Source: Lingula anatina
Lineage: Eukaryota; Animalia; Brachiopoda
Direction of reading: 5' to 3'
DNA length: 64,000 nucleotides
Assembly: GCA_051362555.1 (NCBI GenBank)
Contig: JBPQGU010000016.1
Location: 1,674,001-1,738,000, forward strand
Each line of letters starts with the position of its first letter. Position 1 is the first letter of the stretch. Positions 63,128 through 64,000 of the stretch are shown piece after piece. Position numbers and translations under genes: made by a program. The notes under the pieces were generated by a model, which searched no databases, had not been told where the DNA came from, and saw only the letters and a program-made list of their open reading frames with translations.

Positions 63128-64000
63128 CAATAGATCATCCGAATACTAACATATCCACCGATTATTATGGCCGTCCACATTGCAAAAGCGATGTCGCTGA
63201 TTCCCGACGGTCTCTTCGCCTACACACATTAAATGGATTAAATCTCGTCTCCGAGGTTTCATTGCTAGGCCCCTGCAGCGACAGCACGTGTGGAGGCGCG
63301 GAGACCATCATGGAATTGGCGGTATCGGTTTTGAACTGGGTCGGCCATATTTAGTCGGCCGATCAGTTAGTACCCAGACCATCTATTCTGAACAGTCCCT
63401 TTTAGTGGCGTAGACGGCAAGCTTTGTGGTGGGTCGCCATATTTGACACTCGGACTTGTAAGTCACTGATTCTGAATGGGACGAGAGAGAGAGAGGGGGA
63501 GAGAGAGAGAGAGAGAGAGAGAGAGTGTGTGTGTTTCTTACGTACTCTGTGACCGGGCCGCAGTCAGTTCTACACGGACTGGTACATGCGCAGCCAAATA
63601 TGTTACATTTCCCATATGAACAGTAAAAGAATGTCTGTAATGTAAATAGGGAATTAAAAATCTTTTCCTTTCTCTTTTCCCCCTCCAACACATCGCACCG
63701 ACACTGCACACGCACACAAACCCACATATGTACAGAATGATTTCCTTTTACTTACGACCATTTACTTAGCGAATTTCAATAAACAATATAAAAATAGACT
63801 TCTAGCTTTGTTCTACATTTATTACTAAAATATACGGTATCATTTTCCTCCTGTAATGCTAAGTTCCCTGATACCAAACATGTGTTGTAAATGTGTTCTC
63901 AATGCATTTCCCGAGGAAATACCCCGGTACTAGTAGACCCACCCACGTGCAGTCTGCGCAGAAATTATACCCAATCTGATAGCAGCAGATAGATTCAGCT

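Overview
AT-rich, intron-containing animal genomic DNA, probably a marine invertebrate; the lipocalin and repeat repertoire would fit a lophotrochozoan, but the taxon cannot be fixed from sequence alone. Gene models were built by hand from splice sites and phase checks. (1) The 5' part of a divergent TRPC-type channel gene lies on the minus strand and runs off the left edge. (2) Two tandem paralogous plus-strand genes each encode a CARD-like death fold followed by a long coiled coil, with the same exon phases; each has a kB-like site upstream. (3) A tandem array of four apparently intact minus-strand, five-coding-exon lipocalin genes carries the six-cysteine pattern of RBP4/purpurin. (4) A possible exon of a Cys-peptide/GKR/EF-hand precursor lies near 61.4 kb. 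The rest is rich in mobile DNA: a decayed Tc1 and its MITE derivative, two fold-back elements, RTE LINE fragments, an Academ-like remnant, Helentron-associated repeats, and Harbinger-, Kolobok-, pogo-, CACTA-, hAT- and Crypton-like MITEs. No rRNA, tRNA or CRISPR array was recognised.
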